The position numbers were made by a program, and so were the translations under genes. DNA of 34,594 nt, taken from positions 11,875 to 46,468 of the forward strand of contig CAZJQF010000003.1 in the NCBI GenBank assembly GCA_964547925.1, read 5' to 3'. The stretch is from an uncultured Dehalococcoidales bacterium (GTDB taxonomy: Bacteria; Chloroflexota; Dehalococcoidia; Dehalococcoidales; JAFGLR01). The notes beneath the pieces were generated by a model. It ran no database searches and was not told the DNA's origin. It saw only the letters and a program-made list of their open reading frames with translations. Below, one piece after another: positions 23,886 to 33,095 of the stretch. The number at the start of each line of letters is the position of its first letter. The first letter of the stretch is position 1.

Positions 23886-25037
23886 ATGAAAAATCGATAT
23901 AAGTACACGTTGTTAGTGTTTTTAGCTTTAGCTGTTATATCTGTCTCATTTGTGAGCGGATGTTTGTTAGGGTTTGGAACTAAGAATCCAACTGAAAAAC
24001 CTGATTACGGTTTGATAAACCAGGCCTGGAATTCTATCTATCAGTATTATGTCGAACCGGGAAAACTGGATGGGACGGAGCTCAGCCAGGGAGCGGTAAG
24101 GGGTATAGTCGAGGCACTAGATGACCCTCATTCGGCGTATATGGATCCGGATACCACCAAGTTATTCCAGACAAACATCAGCGGCAATTTTGAAGGTATC
24201 GGGGCTACGGTAAATATGAACGAGGATAACTGGCCGATTATCGTAACTCCGATCGAAGGGTCTCCCGCAGCTAATGCCGGTTTAAGACCGGGAGATATTA
24301 TTATTGGTGTAGATGGGGGAACTACCTACGGATTGAATATTACCGAACTTGTTTTGAAAATACGGGGTACTGCCGGGACTCAAGTTACGCTGACGATACA
24401 GCGGGAAGGCGAATCGGAACCCTTGGAAATTGCGGTTACCAGAGCTGTAATTAACATGCCTTCTGTAAAATGGGAAATGAAGGGCGATATTGCATACATT
24501 CGTATCATCGAATTCAGAGAAGACACCAACGAAGAATTGAATAATGTGTTGAGCGAAATCGATATGGTTTTAACTAAAGGGATAATACTGGATTTGCGTA
24601 ATAATCCGGGGGGTATAGTAACTACAGTTGTCGATGTTGCCAGCCATTTTATCGAAAAAGGCATTGTTATAACGATGATAGATAACCAGGGTAATCAGAC
24701 GTCGGATGCGGTTAATCCCAACGGTATATTTACTGACCTGCCGATGGTGGTTCTGGTGAATGAGTATAGCGCCAGCGGCAGTGAAGTACTGGCCGGGGCT
24801 TTACAGGATTATGAGAGAGCAACCATTGCCGGGGTTACGACCTACGGTAAAGGCAGCTACAATATTACTATTCCGCTGGAAGACGGGTCCTCGGTATACC
24901 TGACTATCGGACGGTGGGCAACCCCAAACGGAAATTTAATAGAGGGTAAAGGAATCGTTCCTGATTATGAACTGACGCAGACCGGCGACGAGGAAATTCA
25001 ATGGGCTCTGGATTTCCTTCACGGGTATATAAAATAA
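23886..25037 (+). CDS. S41-family C-terminal processing (tail-specific) peptidase with PDZ domain
   Basis: N-terminal TM/signal anchor. PDZ: GIGATV...PIEGSPAANAGLRPGDIIIGVDG. Catalytic region: LDLRNNPGG, SASGSEVLAGALQD, TYGKGS. TGGAG lies 9 nt upstream of ATG 23886. Confidence 0.85.
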   Translation: MKNRYKYTLLVFLALAVISVSFVSGCLLGFGTKNPTEKPDYGLINQAWNSIYQYYVEPGKLDGTELSQGAVRGIVEALDDPHSAYMDPDTTKLFQTNISGNFEGIGATVNMNEDNWPIIVTPIEGSPAANAGLRPGDIIIGVDGGTTYGLNITELVLKIRGTAGTQVTLTIQREGESEPLEIAVTRAVINMPSVKWEMKGDIAYIRIIEFREDTNEELNNVLSEIDMVLTKGIILDLRNNPGGIVTTVVDVASHFIEKGIVITMIDNQGNQTSDAVNPNGIFTDLPMVVLVNEYSASGSEVLAGALQDYERATIAGVTTYGKGSYNITIPLEDGSSVYLTIGRWATPNGNLIEGKGIVPDYELTQTGDEEIQWALDFLHGYIK

Positions 25038-25047
25038 CCATTTCCGG

Positions 25048-25911
25048 TCATAAAACAAAGCGGACTATAAGAAAGCCGATTATACAGGCCAGAGCAATTG
25101 TCGGTAAGGCCGGAGTAGGCTTGCCCTTGAATAGAAAGGCCTGAGCGATATAAGCTCCGATTAAGCCGATTATCGAAAAAATGGATATTATAATAGCGGC
25201 GGTGAATCCGTAGATAAAGAAAACCGAAACGGTAACCAATAACGGAAATCCGATATCGCCGCCGCCGAGAATCGAATATTCTTTCACCCCTGTAGCCTCG
25301 AATAACTTCTTGAATCCGGCTTTTTTTAGATTAAGATTCCAATTGCGTAGATTCCCCGGGATTACGAAAGCAGGTAAGACATCCGATTCGGATAGTTTCT
25401 GGGCCATCCACATCATATACCCGAGCTTTACAGAGACGAAATCATAGACAGCAATTATTATAAGGAACAGTAAAGCTGCCCATGGGGCTAATATATAACC
25501 GAATACCAGGCCGACACTCACCAACGATAACAGGAGCAAGATGTTTTGCAACCAGACTTTCGGAATAAAAAACCAGGTAATCCCGATGATTATACTGACC
25601 GGTAAGGAAACATATACCGGGAAGAAGAGGCTGAACAAAATGAACAGTCCCCAGACATATATAAAAGTAAATAAAAAAGTTAGAATCAGACGCAGCTTTG
25701 AAACCGGAATTAAAAATAAGACGAGCCCGAGAACGACGACTGCGGCGAAAAAGTAGATAATCGGAATATGCAGACCTGCCTGCGGGGAAGGAAATTGGTT
25801 TACTTCGACATAAGATTTTTCATGAGGCACGATAACGAATGTTATTACCTGAGCCAGGATAAGTAACAGGCAGCCCCAAAAAACCGGCGCGTAAAATATT
25901 CTCTTTAACAT
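25048..25911 (-). CDS. Presenilin / signal-peptide-peptidase-like intramembrane aspartyl protease homologue (A22 family, PSH-like)
   Basis: 287-aa protein with about 9 TM helices. It carries, in order and in hydrophobic segments, AVYDFVSV (YD), LGGGDIGFPLL (GxGD) and KPTPALPTIAL (PAL). This is the diagnostic triad of GxGD aspartyl proteases; YDFVSV resembles the archaeal PSH YDAISV. Confidence 0.7.
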   Translation of the reverse strand: MLKRIFYAPVFWGCLLLILAQVITFVIVPHEKSYVEVNQFPSPQAGLHIPIIYFFAAVVVLGLVLFLIPVSKLRLILTFLFTFIYVWGLFILFSLFFPVYVSLPVSIIIGITWFFIPKVWLQNILLLLSLVSVGLVFGYILAPWAALLFLIIIAVYDFVSVKLGYMMWMAQKLSESDVLPAFVIPGNLRNWNLNLKKAGFKKLFEATGVKEYSILGGGDIGFPLLVTVSVFFIYGFTAAIIISIFSIIGLIGAYIAQAFLFKGKPTPALPTIALACIIGFLIVRFVL

Positions 25912-25980
25912 CTGGTATAAGAATCAGCTATCTTTTTTATTATTGTAACCGACTTAGTGTCATATTGCTAATTACACCGG

Positions 25981-27162
25981 TTAACGCTGTTTGCCTAATT
26001 GAGCCCGGACGTTTAAAAAGTTGATGATATTTTCCCGGGTTATCATGCCAATGACATTACCATTTTCGATAACGGGTACCTGATTAACGTTACTCTGAGA
26101 TAAGATATTCATCACGGTATTCAGGTCTTCATCCGGTTTTACCGCTTTTAACTGGTTTAAGGGAGTCATAGCACCGCGGACCGGTGTGTTAGCCCATTCC
26201 TGGCGGGGCACCTTTTGAATATCCCGCAGTGTTATCATTCCCTCGACGCGGCCGTCGGAAACCACTGTAAAACAGCGCCGGCCTGAGGTCATGATATTTT
26301 CGTTCACTAGAATATCTATCGAAAGTCCTGGGGGAATGATGAAACATTCAGCAGACATAATTTCTCTGGCGGCATGCCCTTTCAGCATATCGTTAATAAC
26401 CATTTGCCGGTAACTGCTTGAGGCGGCACTTTCAAGGAACCAGCCGATTAAAATGAACCAGATACCGTTAATAAAATTAGCGGTAAAAAGCAGGAAAATA
26501 CCGCCAAAAATGAACAGGTAACCGATAATCCGTCCGATTGTGGCAGCGATTCGGGTTGCCCTTTGTAGTTTGCCGCTACCCCACCAGATAAGGGCTCGTA
26601 ATACCCTGCCGCCGTCGAGCGGATAACCGGGAATCAGATTAAAAACTCCCAGGGCTAAGTTAATATAACCCAGCCATAATACGATGGCCCCGATAAACTG
26701 AGATAGGAAAGGTTTTGAAGCGGGAATGGTGCTGCCGGTTCCGATAAGAGACGACCAGGTTAAAGTTCCGCCCAGACCTACGAAAACCAACAATAGTAGG
26801 CCCCCGATTAAGATACTGGTGCCCGGTCCGGCAATCGCCATCCAGAACTCATCTCTGGCGGTCTTAGGTTCCTCAGTCATTTCAGAGACCCCGCCGAGTA
26901 TAAAAAGAGTTATTCCGGAGATATGCATGCCTTCCCGGATAGCAACGATGCTATGCATAAGTTCATGAGCCATTACGGAGATGAAAAACAGCAGGCTGGT
27001 TATCACGCCGGCGAAAATGTTCGACAACACCGTCCAGTTCGGATATGTCGCCGGAAAATAGCTGCCGGCTAACGCCCCGGTAACAAGAAGGAAAATAATA
27101 AACCACGACCAGTGTAACTTCAGTGGAATACCGAATGCTTTTCCGATTGGTATACCGCTCAA
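25981..27162 (-). CDS. M50-family site-2 protease with C-terminal tandem CBS domains
   Basis: AHELMHSIVA (HExxH) in a TM helix, NLIPGYPLDGGRVL (NxxPxxxLDG), then two CBS-like repeats (...GRRCFTVVSDGRVEGMITLRDI... / ...VNQVPVIENGNVIGMITRENI...). TTG start. Confidence 0.85.
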   Translation of the reverse strand: MSGIPIGKAFGIPLKLHWSWFIIFLLVTGALAGSYFPATYPNWTVLSNIFAGVITSLLFFISVMAHELMHSIVAIREGMHISGITLFILGGVSEMTEEPKTARDEFWMAIAGPGTSILIGGLLLLVFVGLGGTLTWSSLIGTGSTIPASKPFLSQFIGAIVLWLGYINLALGVFNLIPGYPLDGGRVLRALIWWGSGKLQRATRIAATIGRIIGYLFIFGGIFLLFTANFINGIWFILIGWFLESAASSSYRQMVINDMLKGHAAREIMSAECFIIPPGLSIDILVNENIMTSGRRCFTVVSDGRVEGMITLRDIQKVPRQEWANTPVRGAMTPLNQLKAVKPDEDLNTVMNILSQSNVNQVPVIENGNVIGMITRENIINFLNVRAQLGKQR

Positions 27163-27261
27163 TATAAATACCTTCCGATTATCTCAAATTAGATAAATAA
27201 TAATATAAAGACACGGCAGGTAACTATACGTAAATCTACCTAAGTAAAACCGGGAATTCAC

Positions 27262-28422
27262 TTATTTATCTAATGTGTACCGATGCATGATATTGTAATC
27301 CGGATCTCTAAAGACGATATCGGCGGTATCACCATTGATGGTGATATCCGTAAAGCCGTGTTGCCCGCCGTTATACCAGAAGCTATCCGGGGACTTATAA
27401 GTGTAGTTCGGTTCCAGTTGCCCTCCAAAACCTCCGGTAATAATATAGGTTACGCCGGCGTGCTCCAATAATTCAAGCTGGTGAACGTGGCCGGAAAACA
27501 CCATATCAACGCCGTATTTTTCGAATAACGGGGTAACTGCCCGGATGGTTTCCGGGTTATCATACCATCCCCAGCCGTTTACGACGGAACCTGAAGCGTA
27601 GTAATGGCCGTGCCCGACGACGATTTTCCAATCATCAGGGGGTATCGATTTAAGCTGGTTCTCCAGCCAGGCAGCCTGTTCTGCAGTGAATGTTTCCGCA
27701 CTCCATTCGACATCCAGACAGAGAAAATGGATATTCCCGATATCGTAGCGGTGCCATAATTGAGAACCGGAGTCATTACAGTAATAGTTGTATTTTTCCA
27801 GGCCGGTAAAGAGAGTATCATGGTTTCCCGGTATGAAAGCGGTGGGGATATTTGATATTACAGGTTCAAGATAATTAAAAGCCGTCTGCCATTGCGAATC
27901 GGAAAAACCCAATTCGACAAGGTCGCCAGCCGAAAAAACACAATCGAAACCGTTATCAGGGTTGGCGATGGCCTCGAGCATTTGAGCCGAAAGGTCAGGC
28001 CGGCCGTCCGCAGCACCGAAATGAGCGTCTGAGAAAACAGCGAAATGTAATGTGTTGTTTGCTTCCGGTTTTAAATTACTGAAGTCGATTCGGTTTTCGA
28101 TACGGGATGATACCGGACTGTTCAGGTAGATAAATCCGGCTACAGGTAGAACTATTTCGATAACTGTAAGCAATAATATCGGAGCGATGAACCAGATTTC
28201 TAACCGGTGTTTCGGTTTACGGTCTAAAAATATTTGCCAGACAGCGAGTCCGGCTAAAAAGACGACAGCAAACAATATGATTGCCAGACCAAGACGGAAA
28301 AAGGAATCGATATGCAGCATACCTCCGGTTCCGTGTAAACTTAAAAGCCAACCGAGGAAGCTCAGCATTAAAGCAACGGCTACAAAAGGAGATATGCGGT
28401 AAATATATTTTAATGTTTTCAA
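27262..28422 (-). CDS. Membrane-anchored metallophosphoesterase (calcineurin-like)
   Basis: Three or four N-terminal TM helices, then FAVFSDAHFG, SAGDLVE, IPGNHD, VVGHGH and SGHVHQ, the ordered metallophosphoesterase motifs. TTG start. Confidence 0.8.
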   Translation of the reverse strand: MKTLKYIYRISPFVAVALMLSFLGWLLSLHGTGGMLHIDSFFRLGLAIILFAVVFLAGLAVWQIFLDRKPKHRLEIWFIAPILLLTVIEIVLPVAGFIYLNSPVSSRIENRIDFSNLKPEANNTLHFAVFSDAHFGAADGRPDLSAQMLEAIANPDNGFDCVFSAGDLVELGFSDSQWQTAFNYLEPVISNIPTAFIPGNHDTLFTGLEKYNYYCNDSGSQLWHRYDIGNIHFLCLDVEWSAETFTAEQAAWLENQLKSIPPDDWKIVVGHGHYYASGSVVNGWGWYDNPETIRAVTPLFEKYGVDMVFSGHVHQLELLEHAGVTYIITGGFGGQLEPNYTYKSPDSFWYNGGQHGFTDITINGDTADIVFRDPDYNIMHRYTLDK

Positions 28423-28489
28423 GTTACCATCCGATCTTTTGATAGTGTCAATGCATTATATAAATACGGATGAAAATAATGCAATAAAA

Positions 28490-28518
28490 TTGACAAAGCA
28501 GGGTATAAGGATTACACT
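28490..28518 (+). promoter_or_regulatory. Candidate promoter for the flavodoxin gene (TTGACA-17 nt-TACACT)
   Basis: TTGACA at 28490-28495, 17-nt spacer, TACACT at 28513-28518. A second TATAAT at 28537-28542 has no good -35. Confidence 0.4.
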
Positions 28519-28560
28519 CTATTCGCCGGTTATCAGTATAATATATTTCGGAGGTGTATT

Positions 28561-29004
28561 TTGAATACATTTGTTATCTACGACTCGGTATACGGTAATA
28601 CGGAGAAAATCGCGCAATCCATCAGTTTTGCGTTGGGCGAGAGCACCAAATTGCTCCGCTTTACCAATGTAAAGCTGTCCGATATCGCCGCCGGCGACCT
28701 GGTTTTCATCGGGGGGCCGACTCAAGCCGGCCGTCCGACCAAACCGTTTCAAGAATTTCTCAATAGCATTCCGGAGAACGGTCTTAAAGATGTTAATGTT
28801 ATCGCCTTCGATACCAGAGTAACGAATAAATTGGTCGCTATTTTCGGTTATGCCGCCGGAAAAATCGCCGATGCGGTTAAAAAGAGGGGGGCGATAATTA
28901 AAGGCTCCCCGGAAGGATTTTTCGTTAAAGGCGGACAGGGACCTTTAACCGAAAAAGAGATTGAACGGGCGGCTGCATGGGCGAAGAAAATGGCAGCGAA
29001 ATAG
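28561..29004 (+). CDS. Flavodoxin-family protein (147 aa)
   Basis: FVIYDSVYGNTEKIAQ (FMN phosphate-binding loop type S/T-x-x-G-N-T) and FIGGPTQAG. GGAGG lies 6 nt upstream of the TTG start. Confidence 0.75.
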   Translation: MNTFVIYDSVYGNTEKIAQSISFALGESTKLLRFTNVKLSDIAAGDLVFIGGPTQAGRPTKPFQEFLNSIPENGLKDVNVIAFDTRVTNKLVAIFGYAAGKIADAVKKRGAIIKGSPEGFFVKGGQGPLTEKEIERAAAWAKKMAAK

Positions 29005-29016
29005 TCGCGAAATACT

Positions 29017-29727
29017 TTATTTAGCCATTGCCTGACGCCTTAAAACGTCAGGCATTTTTTCTATGGCGTAGCGGAGAGCGGTCCGGGGCATCGTGGCTTT
29101 ATTTTTCATGACGTAAGCGAATATTTCCGATTCATGCTTACGGCTGCCTTCTTTAAGCATCCAACCATAACCCTTTTGCACCAAATCCTCCTTATCGTGG
29201 AGGAGAATATCGGCTATCTCAAAAACGTCGTTGAGGAACTTGCCGTCTCGGGCCGGTAAGATTAAAGATACTGCAGCCGCCCGCCGCAGCCACATATTAT
29301 CCGATTTCGCCCACTGTTTAAGCGTGGACATATATTCCGGATACAGTTCAATAAATGCCCCGACGGTATGGTTGCACAAGGTATCGCACTTGGCCCAGGT
29401 GTTAACATATTTATTCAGCCAGGTTTCAAAGACGGTTAAATCGGCCGGTTTATATTGTTTTCGTAAATAATACGACCACTCGAAGGCAATATAAGCTTCT
29501 TCGCTGTAATCGGATTTAAGTAATTCTTCGCAAAGATTAAATATATCGGCTTTTGATAACTGTCTAATCTGATAATAATATTTCCGGGCTATTTCGCTAA
29601 CCAGATACGTCTTCACACCATATACTTTAACGGCTTCTTTAAAATAACGCCGGGTGCCGTCTCTGGTTTTTTCGTCGATATTTCGTGTCAGTTCATCCCG
29701 GATTTCAGAAATGATGTTCGTATTCAT
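29017..29727 (-). CDS. DNA alkylation repair protein (AlkD-like HEAT-repeat family)
   Basis: Reads MNTNIISEIRDEL...RRYFKEAVKVYGVKT...WAKSDNMWLRRAAAVSLI...VQKGYGWMLKEGSRKH, typical of the DNA_alkylation family (~235 aa). The track's extension to 29907 would overlap the divergent lipoprotein gene and adds non-conserved sequence. Confidence 0.75.
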   Translation of the reverse strand: MNTNIISEIRDELTRNIDEKTRDGTRRYFKEAVKVYGVKTYLVSEIARKYYYQIRQLSKADIFNLCEELLKSDYSEEAYIAFEWSYYLRKQYKPADLTVFETWLNKYVNTWAKCDTLCNHTVGAFIELYPEYMSTLKQWAKSDNMWLRRAAAVSLILPARDGKFLNDVFEIADILLHDKEDLVQKGYGWMLKEGSRKHESEIFAYVMKNKATMPRTALRYAIEKMPDVLRRQAMAK

Positions 29728-29815
29728 AATTGGTTTTAATGATAACAGAGATGTAATACCCTTACAATAATCAGCGTATAAATTAATAAATAACACTTCA
29801 GTGCAGGAGCTTAAA

Positions 29816-30721
29816 ATGGCCGTAAATAAATCCCACATCGTTATCTCTATTGCATTAATTATCGTGTCCTCGTTACTGTTAATCCTGCCCGGATGTTCGA
29901 AAAACACCTCCGAAGGATTTGCGGTTTATCTCACGAAGAACGATATCCCGCCGGCTCAAATGGAGATTATGAGTCATGTTGCATTAATGGACGAGCCGAT
30001 AATCTCTTCCGCTGATATCGAAGTATATAATGCTCAGACTCATGAAATAAGGTTAACGGCAGCCGCTTTCGAACGGCTTACGCAGCTTGAAGTCCCGGTT
30101 CGGGGAAAGTCGTTTTTAGTCTGTGTGGATAAACAGCCGGTTTACTGGGGGGCGTTTTGGACGCCGGTATCTTCGATGTCCTTCGACGGTATTACTATCT
30201 GGCAGCCGATGAAATTACAGGAACCGTATATTATTACCCTTGAAACGGGTTATCCCTCCGCTTCCTTTTACGGTGGAGAGGACCCGCGGAGTAATCCCGA
30301 GGTCTTACAATCGCTAGAAAAAGACGGTAAATTAATAGATAAGCTGACGATATTTACGGTAACGAAGCTGCCACGTTCGTTCAAGGGTTATGAGCTTTAT
30401 TCCTGGACAGACAGGGGGGAATGGCATTTTACGCTGATAACCGGCACAAACCGCAATAAATTTATAAGTGAAATAATCAGCGAACCGGATTATATTTCCG
30501 AGGCCGGATGGGAAAACATCCACTTAAGCGGAGACGTTCAATTGAAGATTGCGTTAAGTAAAATACCCGCGGGAGAAGAAGTATGCTGGTTGCCCGAGTT
30601 ACGTGCGGAAGAAGCAAACCAAAGCGGTATAGTTTTCGGATATCCGCCGCAAGATATGCTAAACGAAATCATCGCATTTGCACAACTGCAAGGTATCAAC
30701 CTGAGTGTCATAGGTGAGTGA
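29816..30721 (+). CDS. Putative lipoprotein of unknown function (301 aa)
   Basis: Signal peptide MAVNKSHIVISIALIIVSSLLLILPG-C with a lipobox-like LPGC. AGGAG lies 6 nt upstream of ATG 29816. I recognise no family. Confidence 0.6.
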   Translation: MAVNKSHIVISIALIIVSSLLLILPGCSKNTSEGFAVYLTKNDIPPAQMEIMSHVALMDEPIISSADIEVYNAQTHEIRLTAAAFERLTQLEVPVRGKSFLVCVDKQPVYWGAFWTPVSSMSFDGITIWQPMKLQEPYIITLETGYPSASFYGGEDPRSNPEVLQSLEKDGKLIDKLTIFTVTKLPRSFKGYELYSWTDRGEWHFTLITGTNRNKFISEIISEPDYISEAGWENIHLSGDVQLKIALSKIPAGEEVCWLPELRAEEANQSGIVFGYPPQDMLNEIIAFAQLQGINLSVIGE

Positions 30722-30804
30722 TTATATAAGGCGATAAACCAGAGGAATCATCGTTAAAATAATATTAATTATTGTTAATGTAAACTTAGTCTTCGGTTAT
30801 TCAT

Positions 30805-31104
30805 TTACCGCATTAATATCTTAGTATCACAGCCCAGTGCTTGCAGCAACTCGCCGACTGCATGTTCACATTCCAATTTGTGACGCATAGGTAATTCAGT
30901 ATGGACGATATAACGGTTTTTGCGGCCTTCTCTATTACGTGCGACGTAGCCGGCCTCTTCCAGTTCCGAGATTATTTTTTGAACGCCTCGCTGGGTCAGA
31001 CCTACATTTTTGGATATTACTTCAATAGTGCTATGAGGATCCTTTGAGATATATTCAATAACCCTGCCGTGGTTTGAAAGAAAAGTCCAGTGCCCCTTTT
31101 CCAA
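30805..31104 (-). CDS. Winged helix-turn-helix transcriptional regulator (99 aa, ArsR/MarR-like small wHTH)
   Basis: Reads WTFLSNHGRVIEYISKDPHSTIEVISKNVGLTQRGVQKIISELEEAGYVARNREGRKNRY; a classic HTH plus wing. GGGAGG lies 5 nt upstream of the TTG start. Confidence 0.75.
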   Translation of the reverse strand: MEKGHWTFLSNHGRVIEYISKDPHSTIEVISKNVGLTQRGVQKIISELEEAGYVARNREGRKNRYIVHTELPMRHKLECEHAVGELLQALGCDTKILMR

Positions 31105-31121
31105 TTAGACCTCCCAAAACT

Positions 31122-31151
31122 TTGACAAAATTCGATTCTTCGAAGTATAAT
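31122..31151 (+). promoter_or_regulatory. Consensus sigma70 promoter (TTGACA-18 nt-TATAAT) for pycB-pycA
   Basis: TTGACA at 31122-31127 and TATAAT at 31146-31151. It lies about 170 nt upstream of ATG 31328. Confidence 0.65.
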
Positions 31152-31182
31152 AACGAACAGAGATTCATGTATTGCAGTTCCT

Positions 31183-31211
31183 ATATTAACACGATAATAA
31201 GGTGACGTCAA
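31183..31211 (-). promoter_or_regulatory. sigma70-like promoter (TTGACG-17 nt-TAATAT) for the divergent wHTH regulator
   Basis: Minus strand: TTGACG (31211-31206), 17-nt spacer, TAATAT (31188-31183). The -35 is embedded in the palindrome TGACGTCA (31203-31210). Confidence 0.5.
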
Positions 31212-31327
31212 ACCCTCGAATAATCTATACTAATATGGAGGCTAATTATTTCAAGCATCCAATATTCAATTAGCAGAGTTTCGGCACGGCAGTTAGTTTG
31301 GGAATAGGAAGGTAGAGTTAGAATCAG

Positions 31328-33061
31328 ATGGGCATTTTAATTACCGACACAACATTGCGGGACGCACACCAGTCACTCATTGCCACCAGGATGCGTACGA
31401 GGGATATGCTTCCTATCGCTGCTGAGCTTGACAAGGTCGGGTTCTTCTCTCTAGAGGTCTGGGGCGGCGCCACCTTTGATACATGTATCCGGTTCCTAAA
31501 TGAAGATCCCTGGGACCGTCTTAAAAGTATACGCGAAAAAGTTAAAAACACGCGTCTCCAGATGCTTTTACGAGGTCAAAACCTTGTTGGCTATCGTCAT
31601 TATGCTGATGATGTCCTCAAGGAATTCATCCGTCTATCAGTGAAAAACGGGGTAGATGTATTCCGCATATTTGACGCTTTAAATGACATCAGGAATATGA
31701 AACTTGCCATAGAAGTCGCTAAAGACAATAAAGCCCATGTGCAGGGAACTATCAGCTATACTACCAGCCCGGTGCACTCCAACGAAAAATTTGCGGACAT
31801 GGCTAAAGAACTGGAAGGTCTCGGCTGCGACTCGATATGTGTGAAAGATATGGCCGGGCTCATTTCTCCAACGGCCGCAGTTGACCTGGTAAAAACAATT
31901 AAGAAAAAAATTAAAATTCCTTTGAATTTACATTCACACTGCTCCAGCGGTATGGCTCCTTCCAGCTATTATGCCGCCGCTCTTGCCGGGGTAGACATTC
32001 TGGATACTGCTTTTTCCGCTTTCGGTTGGGGTACTTCGCAACCGCCTACGGAAAGTATTGCGGCAATGTTGAAAGATACGCCGTATGATACGGGTTTTGA
32101 TCTGGAACTGCTTTATGAAATTGGAGAGTATTTCGCTAAACTATCCGCTAATTACCGTATGCTTTTTACTGCGGAAACCACACGTCCGAACGTCAATGTC
32201 CTTTTGCACCAGATACCCGGCGGGATGCTCTCTAATCTTGTGAGTCAACTTAGGCAGCAGAATGCTCTCGACAAATTTACCAAAGCGCTGGAAGAAGTAC
32301 CCCGTGTCCGCGCCGACCTTGGTTATCCGCCGCTGGTAACCCCCACCAGCCAGATTGTGGGCATACAAGCGGTATTGAATGTTCTTGCTGGTGAACGATA
32401 CAAGCAGGTAACCGAAGAAGTACGGAACTACTTACTTGGGAAATACGGACAGCCGCCCGGTGAAGTGAACGAAGAAATAAGAAAGCAAGTAATCGGTGAT
32501 GAGAAGCCGATAACCGCCCGTCCGGCAGATTTTATCGCACCTGAGTTAGAAAAACTCAAGGACGAGGCACATAAACTGGGAGTTATTCACCGGGAGGAGG
32601 ATCTTCTTACCTACGCCCTTTACCCGCAGGTAGCGGTTAAGTTCCTCCGCGGTGAGCTTAAAGAGGAAAAATTGCTGACTGCGGCGGATGTTGCAGCTAA
32701 GCCGGATGCCGTTGCACCCACGGATATGCCGATGGAATTTGCGGTTGATGTAGATGGCGAGGTCTTTAACGTTAAGATTTCCTCCATCATGGGTAAAACG
32801 TTTGATGTTGAAAAGGTTAAGAAGGCTAAAGAAAAACCTGCCGGGGCGATTACCGCTTCGATGCAGGGAATGATATTGAACGTAAAAGTGAAAACGGGGG
32901 ACAGGGTAAAAGCGGGCGACGTAGTGCTGGTTATCGAAGCGATGAAGATGCAGAACAACATCGTCACGCCGCACGCGGGTGTCGTTAAAGAAATAATGAC
33001 GTTCCAGGGTGAGGTAGTGGACTCCGGTGACGTGTTGATGGTGGTGGATCCGAACGGGTAA
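31328..33061 (+). CDS. pycB: Pyruvate carboxylase subunit B (carboxyltransferase plus biotin carboxyl carrier domain; oxaloacetate decarboxylase alpha-like)
   Basis: Reads ITDTTLRDAHQSL, HSHCSSGMA, and a C-terminal biotinyl domain with VLVIEAMKMQNNI (AMKM). It is immediately followed by a biotin carboxylase gene, and no membrane beta/gamma decarboxylase subunits are present. Confidence 0.85.
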   Translation: MGILITDTTLRDAHQSLIATRMRTRDMLPIAAELDKVGFFSLEVWGGATFDTCIRFLNEDPWDRLKSIREKVKNTRLQMLLRGQNLVGYRHYADDVLKEFIRLSVKNGVDVFRIFDALNDIRNMKLAIEVAKDNKAHVQGTISYTTSPVHSNEKFADMAKELEGLGCDSICVKDMAGLISPTAAVDLVKTIKKKIKIPLNLHSHCSSGMAPSSYYAAALAGVDILDTAFSAFGWGTSQPPTESIAAMLKDTPYDTGFDLELLYEIGEYFAKLSANYRMLFTAETTRPNVNVLLHQIPGGMLSNLVSQLRQQNALDKFTKALEEVPRVRADLGYPPLVTPTSQIVGIQAVLNVLAGERYKQVTEEVRNYLLGKYGQPPGEVNEEIRKQVIGDEKPITARPADFIAPELEKLKDEAHKLGVIHREEDLLTYALYPQVAVKFLRGELKEEKLLTAADVAAKPDAVAPTDMPMEFAVDVDGEVFNVKISSIMGKTFDVEKVKKAKEKPAGAITASMQGMILNVKVKTGDRVKAGDVVLVIEAMKMQNNIVTPHAGVVKEIMTFQGEVVDSGDVLMVVDPNG

Positions 33062-33095
33062 AAACGCTTTTATCGATTTTGAGTAGAGGCCTGAA

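Noticed and set aside
29728-29907. 60-codon N-terminal extension of the AlkD-like ORF
   Set aside because: It would overlap the divergent lipoprotein gene start and SD, and it adds sequence not found in this ~235-aa family. The internal MNTNIISEIRDEL start matches the family N-terminus.
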